In this document: positions 25,736-39,005 of the stretch, piece after piece
Layout: every line of letters starts with the position of its first letter
How positions within the stretch are numbered: position 1 is the stretch's first letter
DNA from: Hemiscyllium ocellatum
Taxonomy: Eukaryota
Reading direction: 5' to 3'
Length of the DNA stretch: 64,000 nt
Assembly (NCBI RefSeq): GCF_020745735.1
Contig: NC_083425.1
Span: 30,863,575 to 30,927,574 of the forward strand
Program-made: the position numbers and the translations under genes
The notes under the pieces: generated by a model
Seen by the model: the letters and a program-made list of their open reading frames with translations, nothing else
Databases searched by the model: none
What the model was told of the DNA's origin: nothing

Positions 25736-28589
25736 TCCAGCAGATGTGAGCTGAGGACAGTGATCACTCATCGATTGCAGATTCATTGTTGCTCAAAAAT
25801 CAAACAGTCCCTGTCTGTTTCCAGAAGCAAATGCAGCTTTCTTACATTTGTTTTTTTTTCTTTGCTTTACAGTTTTTCAATGAAAGTTTACATTTTCAAC
25901 CTTTTGAAGGCTTCCCAGCTTGTGATGTTCCCATATTGAACAATGAGGAGTTGCGCTGGACTATAAGGAAAGAGTAGCAGTCCCTTAGACAGGGTTCTGA
26001 GATGATACGGCATTAATGATGGGTAGCCTGTGTAACTTTACTTTGGTTGCTGCAATTACAATGATAGGCAAAAAGACAGTGATGATGGAAAATAGCAATA
26101 CATTGATGAATTTGAGCTTATATTTACACTGAATGGTCGCCTATTCCACCAATGTGACCTTGCTCCTCTCCCACTATGTGCACTGTGAAGAGCAGCTTCT
26201 GGCTGTCAGTGCACAGCTGAGCTTTAAATATGTTGGTGGCGCTGGAAATCTCATGAGATCTTGGTGGTGATGAGTAACATCCAACGTTGATGAGTGTACA
26301 ATAGAACATGAAGCATCAGAGAGTCACATTGTATAATAATGGGGCAAGCAGTAGAAAATAATGTGAGTTAACTTACTGGAGGTCATGAAGAGAAACCCTT
26401 CATGAAAATCCCTTAAGTTGACAGCTAATTGTCAATAAAGTTCAGTCAAATGTTTCGATCCATTATGACACTTTTTCAGAGTTCTATTGGATTGGAAATG
26501 TTACATACTTTGGTATTGGTCAAACATGGTAGGTCAAGTGGCTTCCTATTTCATTCTTTGATGCTCTGGTCATATACATTATGCATTTCATTAAATACGA
26601 AAGCAGTAATTTAGTTTTCTCACCTGTACTTTAAACTACAGTTGTCCAAGCTTTCCATTGGGATATAGTGGTTGCAGAAATGCATCTTCAAAGTTGGACT
26701 GTGGGACTCATTTGAAGCCCAATGCACTGACTATCCAGGGATTGCTTGTGAAGTTTAAACTTCCGATGGGTAACTTAAAACATTTAGAGTCCTATGGAAA
26801 TGTCTCCAATTCTGGGTTAGAGTCAGAGATTTCAGAGGGTTCTGACTCATTTACCTGAATAGCCAGCCTGGCAAAAATTAGTTTGGACTGAGCCTAACTA
26901 AAGACTGCTCTAACTTCTGAGTAACAATAAAACTGACTCACTCTGTTAACCCTGTCACTCCATTCCCACACTCACAAACAATAACATCCCCTGACCTGAC
27001 CCTGCATCCCCACAACCTGACCCCAACTTCCACCTAACCAACCGTAACCTTTCATTTACTCATTGGCCATGTTAAATTCTCATTAACTCACCTACCAACT
27101 GATCCATTCATCCATCTGCCACCCTAATTCCTCACTTATTTGCCTGTACCCAACCCCTTTACCCACCCGGGCCTTGAAAGGTAAGAACCTTCTATATTGT
27201 CCTAATTATTTGTTTGTGCAATATATTTATACAATCTTGCTTGTTTAATAAATTATAATTATTTCATAAATACTTGTTAGTTAAGGCACAAATGAAGACT
27301 CTATTGTAATAAATTAAGAATTCTTAAATTGTTGGCGTGTATAAGCAAAAGCAATTGATGGTTCCAAACGCCTAAATTTTAAACATGGCATCCTACTCCT
27401 TCATCCATATGCACTCTGCCCTCTCACCTACATAGCTGCTATTCTTTACCCACTAATGTTACACACATATTTCTTCTTTCCAAGGCTAATCAGAGACTTT
27501 GAGACCTTTAGACCCTGGAATATGGTAGCTAAGAGTATGGAAAGGCAGTGTAGTTTGGCCTTTCATACTGAACTACACTAAGCTGAAGGCTCTCAGATCA
27601 GGGACATTCCATGTTTCTCAAGAGACCTGAATTTGAAATTTGGTGTAAAAGATGAGCAATCTGACAGTGTTTGCTACTCCTTGGAAGATTCAGTCTATGG
27701 TGTTGGATAAACTTCTGATATTATCAATAGGTTAGTTAAAAATACCAAACACCTATCCTTCAAAATTGTTCAATTTATGCATAGAACCAAGAAAATATAA
27801 TAAAATGCCAATCAGCAATGTTTGAAACAGGCAACTCTTTAGATAAATGCTTCGTATTCACAGGACCATATGTAAATGTAATTTGTTGTTATTGTTTTTG
27901 TTTCATGAATGCTGATAGATCTCTAGCACCTTGTTCAAGTGAGTTTCCACATTCATGAGTCTAGAAAGTGAGTGTTGGCCTCAACTGATGGTGGACATGC
28001 ATCATTTAAAAAGATTGGTTATTTCTGCACCTTTTATCAGATATAAAATTTCCCGGAGTCTTTTTTGTCCCCAACTCATCTTGGCTATCTTGAACAGAAG
28101 CAATCTGGTAGGTCATTCCTGGCCCTTTCCCAGCCCAAAGCACTGAGATTTATCAAAATATCCAACTGTGTAAGTGGCTGTGAGCAACTACAAGAGCAAG
28201 CCATAGATCAAACAAATGTGTTCTGTACTGTGTGGTTTAGGATCAAACCATGTGGCACATCTAATCTCTAAATATGGTCATACAAATGTGAAGCTCACTT
28301 ATAACTGTTATATTTAATACTTCCAAATTATCCCTGTGAACTCTCGTTTAGTAACTTGCATTTTGTCAATCATTGCAGCTCCTTTAAAAGACAAAAAGTT
28401 ACACATGTCGATTTCTGCAGTAAACTGGTGAGACACCAAAGAGAAGTAAATAGCAGATTAGCACTTGACAGAATAGATGTTTGTATATGGGTATCAAATC
28501 AACAGAGGTAATGAAAATAAATTTTATACACCTTTCATTAAGAGAAATACTACTCTTCAAGCTGAAAAGCATCATTTAATGGACTGAAA

Positions 28590-28722
28590 TAAAACAAAGA
28601 ACTGTAGATGCTGAAGAACTGAAACAAAAACAGAAATTGCTGGAGAAACTCATCAGGCCTGGCAGCATTGGTGGGAAGACAGCAGGGTTAATATTTCAAG
28701 TCTTATGACTCTTTATTAGAAA
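28590..28722 (-). repeat. Penelope family C terminal repeat, decayed
   Basis: aaaacaaagaactgtagatgctg...gaaattgctggagaaactca...gttaatatttcaagtc. Confidence 0.7.
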
Positions 28723-28857
28723 CAAATAGACTGAATTGTATAAACCATTTAAATAGAGTCTTTTTCACATAACCTTTCATGTACAACATTACTTGCCTAT
28801 TCTTATGTAATATATATACTTTGGTGGCTGGAAAATGCTTTCAAACTGGTCTTTTTT

Positions 28858-29245
28858 GTCATTCATTTGTGGGATGTGGGTGTCATTGTCCAGGCCAGCA
28901 TTTATTGCCAATCTGCAGTTGCCCTTGAGAAGGTGGTGGTGAGCTCTTTCTTGAACTGCCGCAGTCCCTGTGTCGTAGGTAGACCCACAATGCCATTAGG
29001 GAGGGAATTTCAAGAATGGCGGTATATTTCTGAGTCAGCATGATGAGTGGCTTGAGGGGAACTTGCTGATTGTAGTGTTCTCATATATCTGTTGCCTTTG
29101 TATTTCTTGATGGTAGTGGTCATGGGTTTGGAAGGTGCTATCTAAAGGTTTTTGGTGAATTTCTGCAGTGTTTCTTGTAGACAGCACATACATCTGTTAC
29201 TGAGCATCAGTGCTGCAGGGAGTTAATGGTTTGGATGTGGAGCAA
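28858..29245 (-). mobile_element. CR1-clade LINE (second family) 3' end
   Basis: cattcatttgtgggatgtggg...ggccagcatttattgcc...cttgagaaggtggtg is homologous to 39020-39300, 44420-44620 and 48140-48540. Confidence 0.75.
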
Positions 29246-29563
29246 TATTAAAGATCACTTCATTTCCCAAAAGAAAATGGAACAAGTTCCCTACTGATTC
29301 AGGATCAATTGGTACTTTTAAGAAAGCAAGATCAATATCTGCTGAGAACTAGGATTGAGGACTGTAAGAATGCTTAATAATATTACTTGCATTTTTGATG
29401 TAGCAATTAGAAAGTAAACTATGTGATAAGCAGGTAAAGTGAGAGGGAATATAGACTTTTAATGATGTTTGATGGTACTTTCTGACTGGATTTTCTTACA
29501 TCCCTAGATTTCTTTATACATACGAAGAAGTTGAATAATTCAGTGCAGAGAATAAAGCACACC

Positions 29564-29863
29564 AGGCACGGTGGCACAGTGGTTAGCACTGCTGCCTCAC
29601 AGCGCCAGAGACCCGCGTTCAATTCACGCCTCAGGCGACTGACTGTGTGGAGTTTGCACGTTCTCCCCGTGTCTGCGTGGGTTTCCTCCGGGTGCTCCGG
29701 TTTCCTCCCACAGTCCAAAGATGTGCGGGTCAGGTGAATTGGCCATGCTAAATTGCCCGTAGTGTTAGGTAAGGGGTAAATGTATGGGTGGGTTGCGCTT
29801 CGGCGGGTCGGTGTGGACTTGTTGGGCCGAAGGGCCTGTTTCCACACTGTAAGTAATCTAATC
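29564..29863 (+). mobile_element. HE1 SINE, full length and young (CpGs retained)
   Basis: Head ggcacggtggcacagtggttagcactgctgcctcacagcgccag, B-box-like gttcaattc and tail gtaatctaatc. It lies about 120 bp downstream of the MGAT5B exon donor. Confidence 0.95.
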
Positions 29864-29980
29864 TTAAAAAAAAACTTATCAAAGACAATACTCTTATTAT
29901 GTTGTGGCTAAACGGATGTTGTTGATCAGAGTTATACCTGAATCAATACCATGCCTATTCAAATTTCAATGTCTATTCAC

Positions 29981-30145
29981 CTTCTTCCGTTGCCTCTTTC
30001 TCATCTCAAGTTTCTCTCTGAGGCTCTGAACTGCCAAAATCCATTGTGTTGACAATCTCCGGATTCTCTTTTTCATGAATATTAGCGATTCCTTTCCACT
30101 GCCCATGAGTTCAAGAAGTTGCGTGAAGTCCATTCGATAGAACGC
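29981..30145 (-). CDS. MGAT5B: MGAT5B internal coding exon (165 bp, phase 0-0), alpha-1,6-mannosylglycoprotein 6-beta-N-acetylglucosaminyltransferase B
   Basis: Not in the ORF track. Manual minus-strand translation gives AFYRMDFTQLLELMGSGKESLIFMKKRIRRLSTQWILAVQSLREKLEMRKRQRKK, which aligns without gaps to recalled human MGAT5B AVFRSNLSHLLDLMGSGKESLIFMKKRTKRLTAQWALAAQRLAQKLGATQRDQKQ (55 aa). Acceptor is ...tttcatagcagcag| and donor is AAG|gtgaat. Confidence 0.95.
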
Positions 30146-30898
30146 CTGCTGCTATGAAAGAAAAGCGACAGTGAAATTGCCACAAGTAACAGTGACTGAG
30201 TTTCCTATTAACTCCAGTTTGGATTATCGGAAGTTGGTCTTTCACCTATTCATTCAGGCAGCATCCCAGTCTGTTGCAAAGAAAGTATCAATAGAAGGCA
30301 TACTATTACAGAGCACATCACAGGATTTTGTCATTTCCTTTGTGCATTTTTCACCCTTATCAAACAAAAAAAAACAGCAAAAATTTCTATTGTGTGCAAA
30401 GGCATATCGGAAATGGAAATACATAAGAGGATTATATCTTTGGCCAGCCAAGTTAAAGCATTACATTTTAGGAAGGAAATGAGAACTCTGAAAAGTTTAT
30501 TGTTGTGATTCACTGGAATGATGCAGCAAATAAGAGACTGTTGTAATGAACAATTGCTTGAAATTGTTTGTCTTTCTTATTTATAATGGAATTTCAGGAT
30601 GGAATCTAACAGAGCTTTTTTATACTTACACATATTTTTGAGAAGATAAATAGCGAACGATTTAAGGAGTCAATAAAAAGAAACATAAACTCAATATTGT
30701 CATAAGCAATGTAAAGAGAACATTTTCACATATGGAATACAATATGGACTTCCTTACCATGACTGGCTGCCAGGACAAGAATAAAACATTATTTAAAACA
30801 AAGGTAGATAGATACTTAAAAATAATGAATATACAAATGAAAAGGAAAGACAAAAGAGTGAAGAGATAGAAATAAAGATAACCCCAATTGAAAGTTCA

Positions 30899-31384
30899 GG
30901 GTTGGATTTTACAAAGGGGGATGTGGACAGCTCACACTCCCCCATAATGGAAAATCGATGGCAGCTGATGGACCTTAAAGAAGTCGACCCCCCACTGCCA
31001 TAGCAGGCTGCAGGTTAGTTAACATGGTAGAAACTGGAACCTCTACCCACTGTGGAAGGAGGCCCAATCCTCTGGAGCTGTAGCCACAGCAAGGAGCTTA
31101 GAGTGGGTATTACCAGGACTCCAACCAATCTGATAAAGAGGGCCCTAGGGATCTGTGACTTGGACAAGTTGAACATGTTGGGTGGAGAAGGTTTGACCAT
31201 CTTAGGGAGGGGGATGAGAGGGGTGAAAGGTGGGTTTTGGAGAATGCACAAAGAGCATGTCCCCTGTATTATGGTAATACTTTGGGGGGAGGTAAGAAGG
31301 AGGTGGGTTGGGCATCTGTCTAATTTTATATGTTCTAACACTTCCCACAGAAAATGCATTTGGAAGTGATCGTAAAATTGAGCC
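30899..31384. mobile_element. Probable non-autonomous DNA transposon (MITE-like)
   Basis: Imperfect terminal inverted repeats ggttggattttac and gtaaaattgagcc bound a GC-richer block. No clear TSD. Confidence 0.4.
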
Positions 31385-31464
31385 ATGACTATCAGTAAAT
31401 GTGCAATGGATCAAATTACCACTTTCTACGTTGCTTTTTTCTAAGCAAATGAATAGTGGGGAAA

Positions 31465-32270
31465 TATAAGACCGCAGGAAATTGGAATGGGAATAGGCCA
31501 TTCAGCCCCTCAAATCTGCTTTGCCATTCAGTAGGATCATGGCTGATCATGTCCCTGCCTTTACCCATAACCTTCGACTCCTTATTGATCAATGACCTAT
31601 CTATCTCAACGTTAAATATACACATGGACTCTGCCCTCACAGCTGTCTGTGGCAAGGGGTTATGAAGACCCTCAATCCTCTGAGCAAAGAAATTCATTCT
31701 TAGCTCAGTCTTAAATTGGAGGCCCTTAACTCTGAGACTATGCTCCCGGTCTTAAACCCTCCCAAGAGGGGAATCATCCTCTCCACAGTTACTCTGTCAA
31801 GCCCCTGAAGAATACAATATGTTTCAATGAGATCACTTCTCATTCTTCTAACATTTAATAACTAGAGTCCCTTTGCTCATAAAACAATCTCTCCATACTG
31901 AGAATCATCCTAGTGAAACTTTACTGAACTGCCTCCAATGAAATGATATATTTCCTTTAATAAGATTTTAATAATAAAACTGCTCACAGTATCCGGATAC
32001 GGTCTCACCAGCACCTTGTTCCATTGCAACAAGACTTCCTATTGTTATTGTCCAAATAAATAAAGGCCAACATTCCACTAGCCTTCCTAATTACCTGCTG
32101 CATTTGTGTGTTCACTTTCTGAGTTTCATGCATAAATCCCCAAGTCCTTTTCATTCTGCAATTTCTTTCCATTTAAGTAAAACTGTGTTCTTTTGCTGTC
32201 CCTTCCGAAATGAACAACTTCACACTTTCCCACAAAATTTCAACCATTTGCCAACTTTTTGCCCACTTAC
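31465..32270 (-). mobile_element. CR1 LINE 3' fragment, decayed
   Basis: ORF 31416..31697 (NFFAQRIEGLHNPLPQ.AV.A.S...F..EIDR.L) and the CR1 tail ataggccattcagccc. Confidence 0.85.
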
Positions 32271-33545
32271 TTTTGCCATGCAGAAAACTGTTTTCTTCCC
32301 TCTTAAAATAAGCTACATTTGTTTGCATATTGTTACATGTCCTTATGTACTCGTAGACAGATATTTGTATATTCCCTCAGCTACCATTGATTATTTTATT
32401 GACTACTTTAAGACTGTTAATAAATGGTGGTCATGAAAAAAAACATACTTTTGTCAAATTCCTCAAGTTGCAATTTGAAATTCTATTTAATTAAATTCTG
32501 TATTAAGTTCAGAACCCAACATTACAGTTAATAGTATATCTTCATAAGGTAGCACCAGAAACATATCCACGATTTCTGCTCTCCAAATTTCCCACATGAG
32601 CTGGTCCTATATATATATATCCCTAATATTATTATTCATATGTTCCATTCACCTCCGAAGGTGAACTATGGTGTTGTTATGATACTAAGGGCATTTTTGA
32701 CTTTTAATTACAAAATGTATGTTGTTTAAAAAGAGGACTGCAGAGAAATTAGTAATTGCAGTTGCATAAAGAATATCTGTGGGACCAGTGGGGTGTAACA
32801 CCTGAAGGTATCAGAGAAACTTCAAAACAGACTGGACTGTGATTTCTTATTACTATAATTAAATGAGGGGCTAATGACCCATGGTTCGACAGCAAGCCAA
32901 TCCTTGCAGATTATGTCCTAAACTGCAGACACTTGTTATGTTCCTTTTAAGAACAAACAAGTACACAAGTAAAAAAAAATGCCATTTCCAATTCTGCTGG
33001 AGTAGACTAGTGGGACCAAATGCTGTATTGTATACCTGCATTGGGAGTATTTGTGAACTGTGAAGGTCACAATTGCAGAATGAGCCCCTAGTTGGCCCTA
33101 ATTTGTAGGTAAAGACTCTCTCAATCTGAGTGCTGCAAAGCAGTTTAGAAAAGGAATCAGGATGAAGGAACTTTAATCAGCCTACGAAATCAAGAATCTC
33201 AAAAAGCTGTTTAATTACCAGTAAGCTCTACTGCAATGGTCACAATGTTCAGCTATTCATTCTTCATGAGCTGTTCAAAGAATGAACCAAATATCTCTTT
33301 TTATTAAAAAAAACTTTTACTTTCTTAAACTCACTTCTTAGTCTTAATTTGCATGCATTGTATTGTGCTACTAATTTGTCTTACATTTCGTAATTAATAT
33401 TCCATCGTTTTTAACTTAAGAAAGCCTGGTTAAATTGACTCCTTTTAAAATTTAAGTTAATTTGGGTCTGGGAGAAAGGTATCCAAGAGGAAAGGATCCT
33501 TTTATCAATGGGCTTTATTGCAAAAAGTCAAGAGGATGGGGTGAA

Positions 33546-33886
33546 TGTAGTGATCATAACAAGGTTAATTCCTGATGAAGGGCTAATGCTTGAAAAGTCA
33601 ATTCTCCTGCTCCTTGGTGCTTTACCAGCACCACACTCTTCAACTCTGATCCCCAGCATCTGCAGTGCTCACTTACAGCAAGGTCAGTCGAGTGGACCTC
33701 ACAGTATAAGAGTTCCCTGTTTGGGACTGTTAACATGGTCAGGGAGCCCTGGCTGACAGATATAAACAGGACTGTCAAAGTTTCTGTTCACTCTAAGAGC
33801 TGGTTTTGGGGAAGCTGAACCAGTGTTAATTATTATGCATGTGTGAATCAAAGTGATGTGAGATTGGTCTCTGTGGAGTTAGTTCA
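33546..33886 (+). mobile_element. Solo LTR of the same Gypsy family as 49996-54029, with a nested Penelope terminal repeat at about 33567-33672
   Basis: TG...CA termini (tgtagtgat...tagttca) and 5-bp TSD GTGAA at 33541-33545 and 33887-33891. Aligns to LTR 53793-54029. Confidence 0.9.
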
Positions 33887-36222
33887 GTGAATAAAGAGGG
33901 AAAGCCAGTTCATCCCTCCTCAGCCAGGAGCTTCACAGTTTGGGCTGTCCCATCGAGAACCACAATAAATTGTGGCATCTCACCAGGGTCTGGTTGGAGC
34001 AGTAAGTAATTCCACTCCAGTCTGTAATAGGTTGGTGGATGACAAAAATGACACAACTCTACTTTGAGGAAAAGCTAGTTGTAAAATTTCTGTAACTATG
34101 TCTGTGCTTATTCAAAACAAGCCCTCAATCATTGACAGGCCAGTTACCAAGGGCTGTAAATACAATTTTGTACCTTATCTCATTCAGATGTTTCCTTTTA
34201 ACTTGCACGACAACTCAAGCATGAAATAGTAGTGCAATCCACAAACAGGATGTATGGAACAAAAATAAAGCCTGTTTTTCTGTAAAGCATTTCAAATTTC
34301 AGAAATATTGGAAAATATAATCAAAGCACAAATTAAAATTGTACTTTAAATATTACAACAATACAAACAAGGCTAAAAAGCTTGATTTCCTTTAGCCAGG
34401 AAAACTCCTTATGTTCTCATTCCAACCAGCTATTCAAGTAGTAAAGAGAAAACATTATGCAGAATTGTGCTCAGCATTCAGTTAAATGTTTTTTTTTGTC
34501 AGAAATCTGGTGCATTCATGAATGAAAGGTATGAAAATGGTCTCAAGCACCAGAACACGGCTGGACATCACATGGCTGTTTGCTTCAGCTTGATCTACAA
34601 TAATTTATGTACGTGAAGTATACAGACTTCTAATCAAAGCATGAATATCACGAGCATTGTAAAATGGTTGAAAGTCCATACAATTCTTTTAAATTCAAAC
34701 ATAGAAAACTGATCTGCTGACTCAATCCGATGCCAATGATTTGCATAATTATATGGACTATAAATAAATACAGTACAAACTTTAAGTCCCCAAATAAATG
34801 AATGTTCTGTTCAGACATTTCTCCTCTAATGATGTGAAAGGCAAGTTGGCATTGAGGTAGAGAAGGAAAAGCAATTTGATCAGAGCCTACCAGGTATGAG
34901 TTTGATGGTTTGGTTAAGTAGACTAAACCAACTGAGCCACTGTTCATAGGCTGTGTACTTAATCCTTAGTTCTGAGTAGGATATTTGGAGTCAGGAATTA
35001 ATCCATCTTGAATTCTATCCCAGTCATTCATGTTGACGTAGAGCTGACACAGTATTCATATCAGCCAGCACTATTGGAGATTTTGCAAAGAATTACGCTT
35101 GCTGTGTCTACAATTAATACTTGGCATAATGGCTGATCCTTTGTTCCAATTTCTAGCTTTTTCATATAAAGAACTGCATTGAAATTTCAAGCAGTCCCCA
35201 ATTTCAAATTTATCTATTCAATTTTCAGTATCTTATAATATAGAAAAATCTGATTTGCAAGATCATAACAAAGATTGTCAACACAGTGTATTCATTATGT
35301 TAGAAAAATACTTCACTCATTGCATTTTAGGAAATTGCATGAGAATTACTATATTGCATACATAATACAAAAAACCTAACATTTTCAATTACAGAACAGA
35401 AATTTAACATCAATAATTAATAACATATTAACCAATGACAATGGCATTATTTTAATCGGACGCAGTTGCATTTTATTCATTTAGAGACATTTTAGAGTAA
35501 ATTTAATAGTCATAGTAACATATTTTTAATAAGCAGGTAAACATATTTTTCAGGAATAATTGTATATAATTACAATTTACTGTCAGGCAGCAATTTTTTA
35601 AAAAATAAGCAATTCTTTCTTGCAGCAGTTTTAAAAAAACACAAATCATTATTTGTGGTTTTCAGACAAGGCAGGTTCAGCTGCTTTGGATCACAAAAGC
35701 TATTGAATGATTTATCTGGGAAGAATTACAGAGCATTTTTCTAACAAAAATGTCATATTATCTTCTTCCAGATTTAGATTGAAAGAGTTGATTTGATTAT
35801 TAAAATAACCTTGAAGACCACAACAATTAATGTAAATAGATTTTGGGCAAGAAGGATTCCATTAAAATGCTCTAAACAATGAGAATGTATGGATAGAATA
35901 TAAAAGCTCAAGAGGAAGCCAACCAATAAATCAATATTAAATATTACAGTGAACTATCTACTCCAGCTAGAGGTTAGAATGCTCTTCAATTTTTTTCTTT
36001 AGAATGCATTTACTCAAATTGATGGCTATTAAAGTCCCATCTCCTCAAAATCCAGAATCTGCACAATTTATACATTTAAATAGCACAATTTCTTTGGTCT
36101 CCAGTTAAAATGAACACTTTATGTATATGGGCAGAAGTCCTTTATCTCGGCCGAAAATGGGAGGCAACCCATTTCTGGCTGGTAGTGAAAACCAGGCTCC
36201 ATTTTGGTGGCCACCGTCATAG

Positions 36223-36382
36223 AGGGCAGCACGGTGGCTCAGCAGTTAGCATGGCTGCCTCACAGCACCAGGAAACTGGGTTGGATACCATCCTTGGCTG
36301 GCAATCTGTGTGGAGTTTATACATGTCAGGGTGGGTTTCATCTGGGTGCTCCAGTTTCCTCCCATAGTTCAAAGATATGCAT
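36223..36382 (+). mobile_element. HE1 SINE 5' part, diverged
   Basis: gggcagcacggtggctcagcagttagc...ctgtgtggagttt...tttcctccca. Confidence 0.8.
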
Positions 36383-36748
36383 TTAAACTAAAAAATAATG
36401 CAATACTGAAACACAAGTATTTAAAAAAAAATAAGTTGTACTAATCAATCGCATAATTTTTTTTTCAAGTGAGCCTCAAGATGGGTGGCAATGTTTATAT
36501 CTGAAATCGATTGGGATTTTACTTCAATATTAAAATTCAAGATACAATCAAGTTCTTCAATCTTGAGGATTATGTTGTTATTTTAGTGGAAAACAAACTG
36601 GAAGGCAGCATACTTTTAGTCGTATTTTACCAGGGTCAAGTAGATTCGGTCTCTGTACCAGCATCAATGTTCCAAAATTGTTGCTAGTTGCTATGAATGT
36701 ATATTTCTTCTGTTGTTACCTCCACATCCATTCTCTTTCTAAGAGAAC

Positions 36749-37040
36749 CTGCTGCCTCACAGCGCCTGTAGACCCGGGTTCAATTCCCGACTCAGGCGAC
36801 TGACTGTGTGGAGTTTGCACGTTCTCCCCGTGTCTGCGTGGGTTTCCTCCGGGCGCTCCGGTTTCCTCCCACAGTCCAAAGATGTGCGGGTCAGGTGAAT
36901 TGGCCAAGCTAAATTGCCCGTAGTGTTAGGTAAGGGGTAAATGTGGGGGTGTGGGTGGGTTGCGCTTCGGCGGGTCGGTGTGGACTTGTTGGGCCGAAGG
37001 GCCTGTTTCCACACTGTAAGTCTAATCTAATCTAATCTAA
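36749..37040 (+). mobile_element. HE1 SINE, young and slightly 5'-truncated
   Basis: Near-identical to 29589-29863, with a (tctaa)4 tail. Confidence 0.95.
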
Positions 37041-38622
37041 TTTTCTGTTCTACCTGGACTTTTAAGCTTTTACAGATATCTCAATGGCTGAATGCCAATA
37101 GGGCCTGACCAAAATAATTCAGATCTCTCATTGGTGCCATCAGGTGGACAATATGATCATTACAACCAGTGCCTGCCTATTAAGTACACTAGATAAAAAT
37201 CAACTCGAGAGAACCAGAAGAGAGAAAAAAATCACATATAATTCCCTCTTCCTCAAAAGGCTAAATGCAATTAAGAATTACTGAAATATAGGAACACTGA
37301 TTCTAAACAAACCCACCTGAGAATAATGGGACTTGCTCAAATCAAGTGTCTAATTTAAACCTTACCTCATTTTTATATTCCATTGCAACTCCTGTAAGCT
37401 GCTGGTACGGGCCATTGACATAGAGCTGCAGCACTTTTTTATTGCTGGCAGCTTGCTGACTGACTAACAGTGAGCACCAGTCTCCTGTGAATTGTTCTGC
37501 ATGACCGCTGTGTTTGACCCATTTATCCATGCAGGTGAAAATCACCTCAGTCATTCCATAGTTACAGCTCTCCCTCCTAACTGCACTGAAGCTTCAGTCC
37601 AGATAATCAAATCTTGGAATAGGGCATGAACCTGCAACTTTCTGATTCACTCACAAGAATGCATTCATAGATATCAAGATTGATGCTTAATCTTTTTTTT
37701 ATTATTACAGCCATGTACAAATAGTGAAGTGCATAAATATTTTGGGTATTGGTGGACTTGAAGTGCTCCATCAGGAAATAACCTTGATGTAATTCATATG
37801 GAACACACAGGCCATCCACAGTGACAGCTATCACTTGTTGGCTGCTACTTCCAATGCAACAGCAACTGAAGAAAATGCAGGATTGCATGCTTTTGTAAAA
37901 ATGAGAACCTGCATAGACAGAAATAAGTAACTTTTATTGTATTTCCATTTGTTCATTTTTTTGAACGAGATAAGATGGTTTAGATTTAATTTAAATCTGA
38001 AGCAATCCAAGGTGGAATTATAGACAGTAACCTGGATACAACAGCTTCTTCAACTATCTCAGTGAAGATTAGTCAAGCAAATCCTGTATACAATACAGCC
38101 TAGTTCATAATACATCAGCATCTCAAGCAGCTTTGACACAAGACATCATTGATTTATTTTCTCAAAAAGACATTCCATTGCAGTCAAGGTTGGGAGATTC
38201 TTTTCCCTAATGACACTACCAGATAACACAAAAATGCTGGTGGCATAGTAGTTCCATTTTTCACCAGGTTTACATAGAATGCATATATATGTGTGATAAA
38301 AGTTCTGTTTGTAAGCTGATATATATTTTCATGTACATTAACTATGGTTACATTAACGGATGCATTCCTGAAATCTGTTGATGCAGTGATCTGAGAGTGG
38401 ATGCTAACATACAATATCAACACTGCACTTCAACTGCTACATTTCATTGCTTACATGATGATCCATTTGTTGGACATAATGTGCAGGTTTGTGACAGGTT
38501 GGAATAAACATTCATCCTTTCATTGATCTGATTGTACCTTGTCAAGGACAAAGTGTCCTGGAATGTTGAATAATAATGTAACAATTATCTGACACTGACA
38601 TACATAATCATAGAATAGTACT

Positions 38623-39005
38623 GGGTGGCATGGTGGCTCAGTGGTTAGTACTGCTGCCTCACAGCACCAGGGTCTCAGGTTCGATTCCAGCCTCAGGTGA
38701 CTGTCTGTGTGGAGTTTGCACATTCTCCCTGTGTCTGTGTACATTTTCACTGGGGGGTGCTCCAGTTTCCTCCCACAGTTCAAAGATGTGCAGGTCAGTT
38801 GAATTGGCTAAATTGCCCAAAGTGTTAGGTGCAGTAGTCAGAGGGAAATGGGTCTGGGTGGGTCACACTTTGGAGGGTCAGTGTGGACTCAATGGGCTGA
38901 ATGGCCTGCTTCCACACTGTAGATTAGATTACATTCTATACAATGTGGAAACAGGCCCTTCGGCCCAACAAGTCCACACTGACGCTTCGAAGAGCATCTC
39001 ACCCA
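38623..39005 (+). mobile_element. HE1 SINE (+, about 38623-38920) abutting tail-to-tail with an HE1 tail fragment (-, about 38920-39005)
   Basis: Head gggtggcatggtggctcagtgg. After ccacactgt the sequence switches to agattagattac...gtggaaacaggcccttcggccc. Confidence 0.85.

Noticed and set aside
29419-37014. Recurrent ORFs beginning WKQALRPNKSTPTRRSATHP
   Set aside because: They are antisense translations of HE1 SINE copies, not a protein family.
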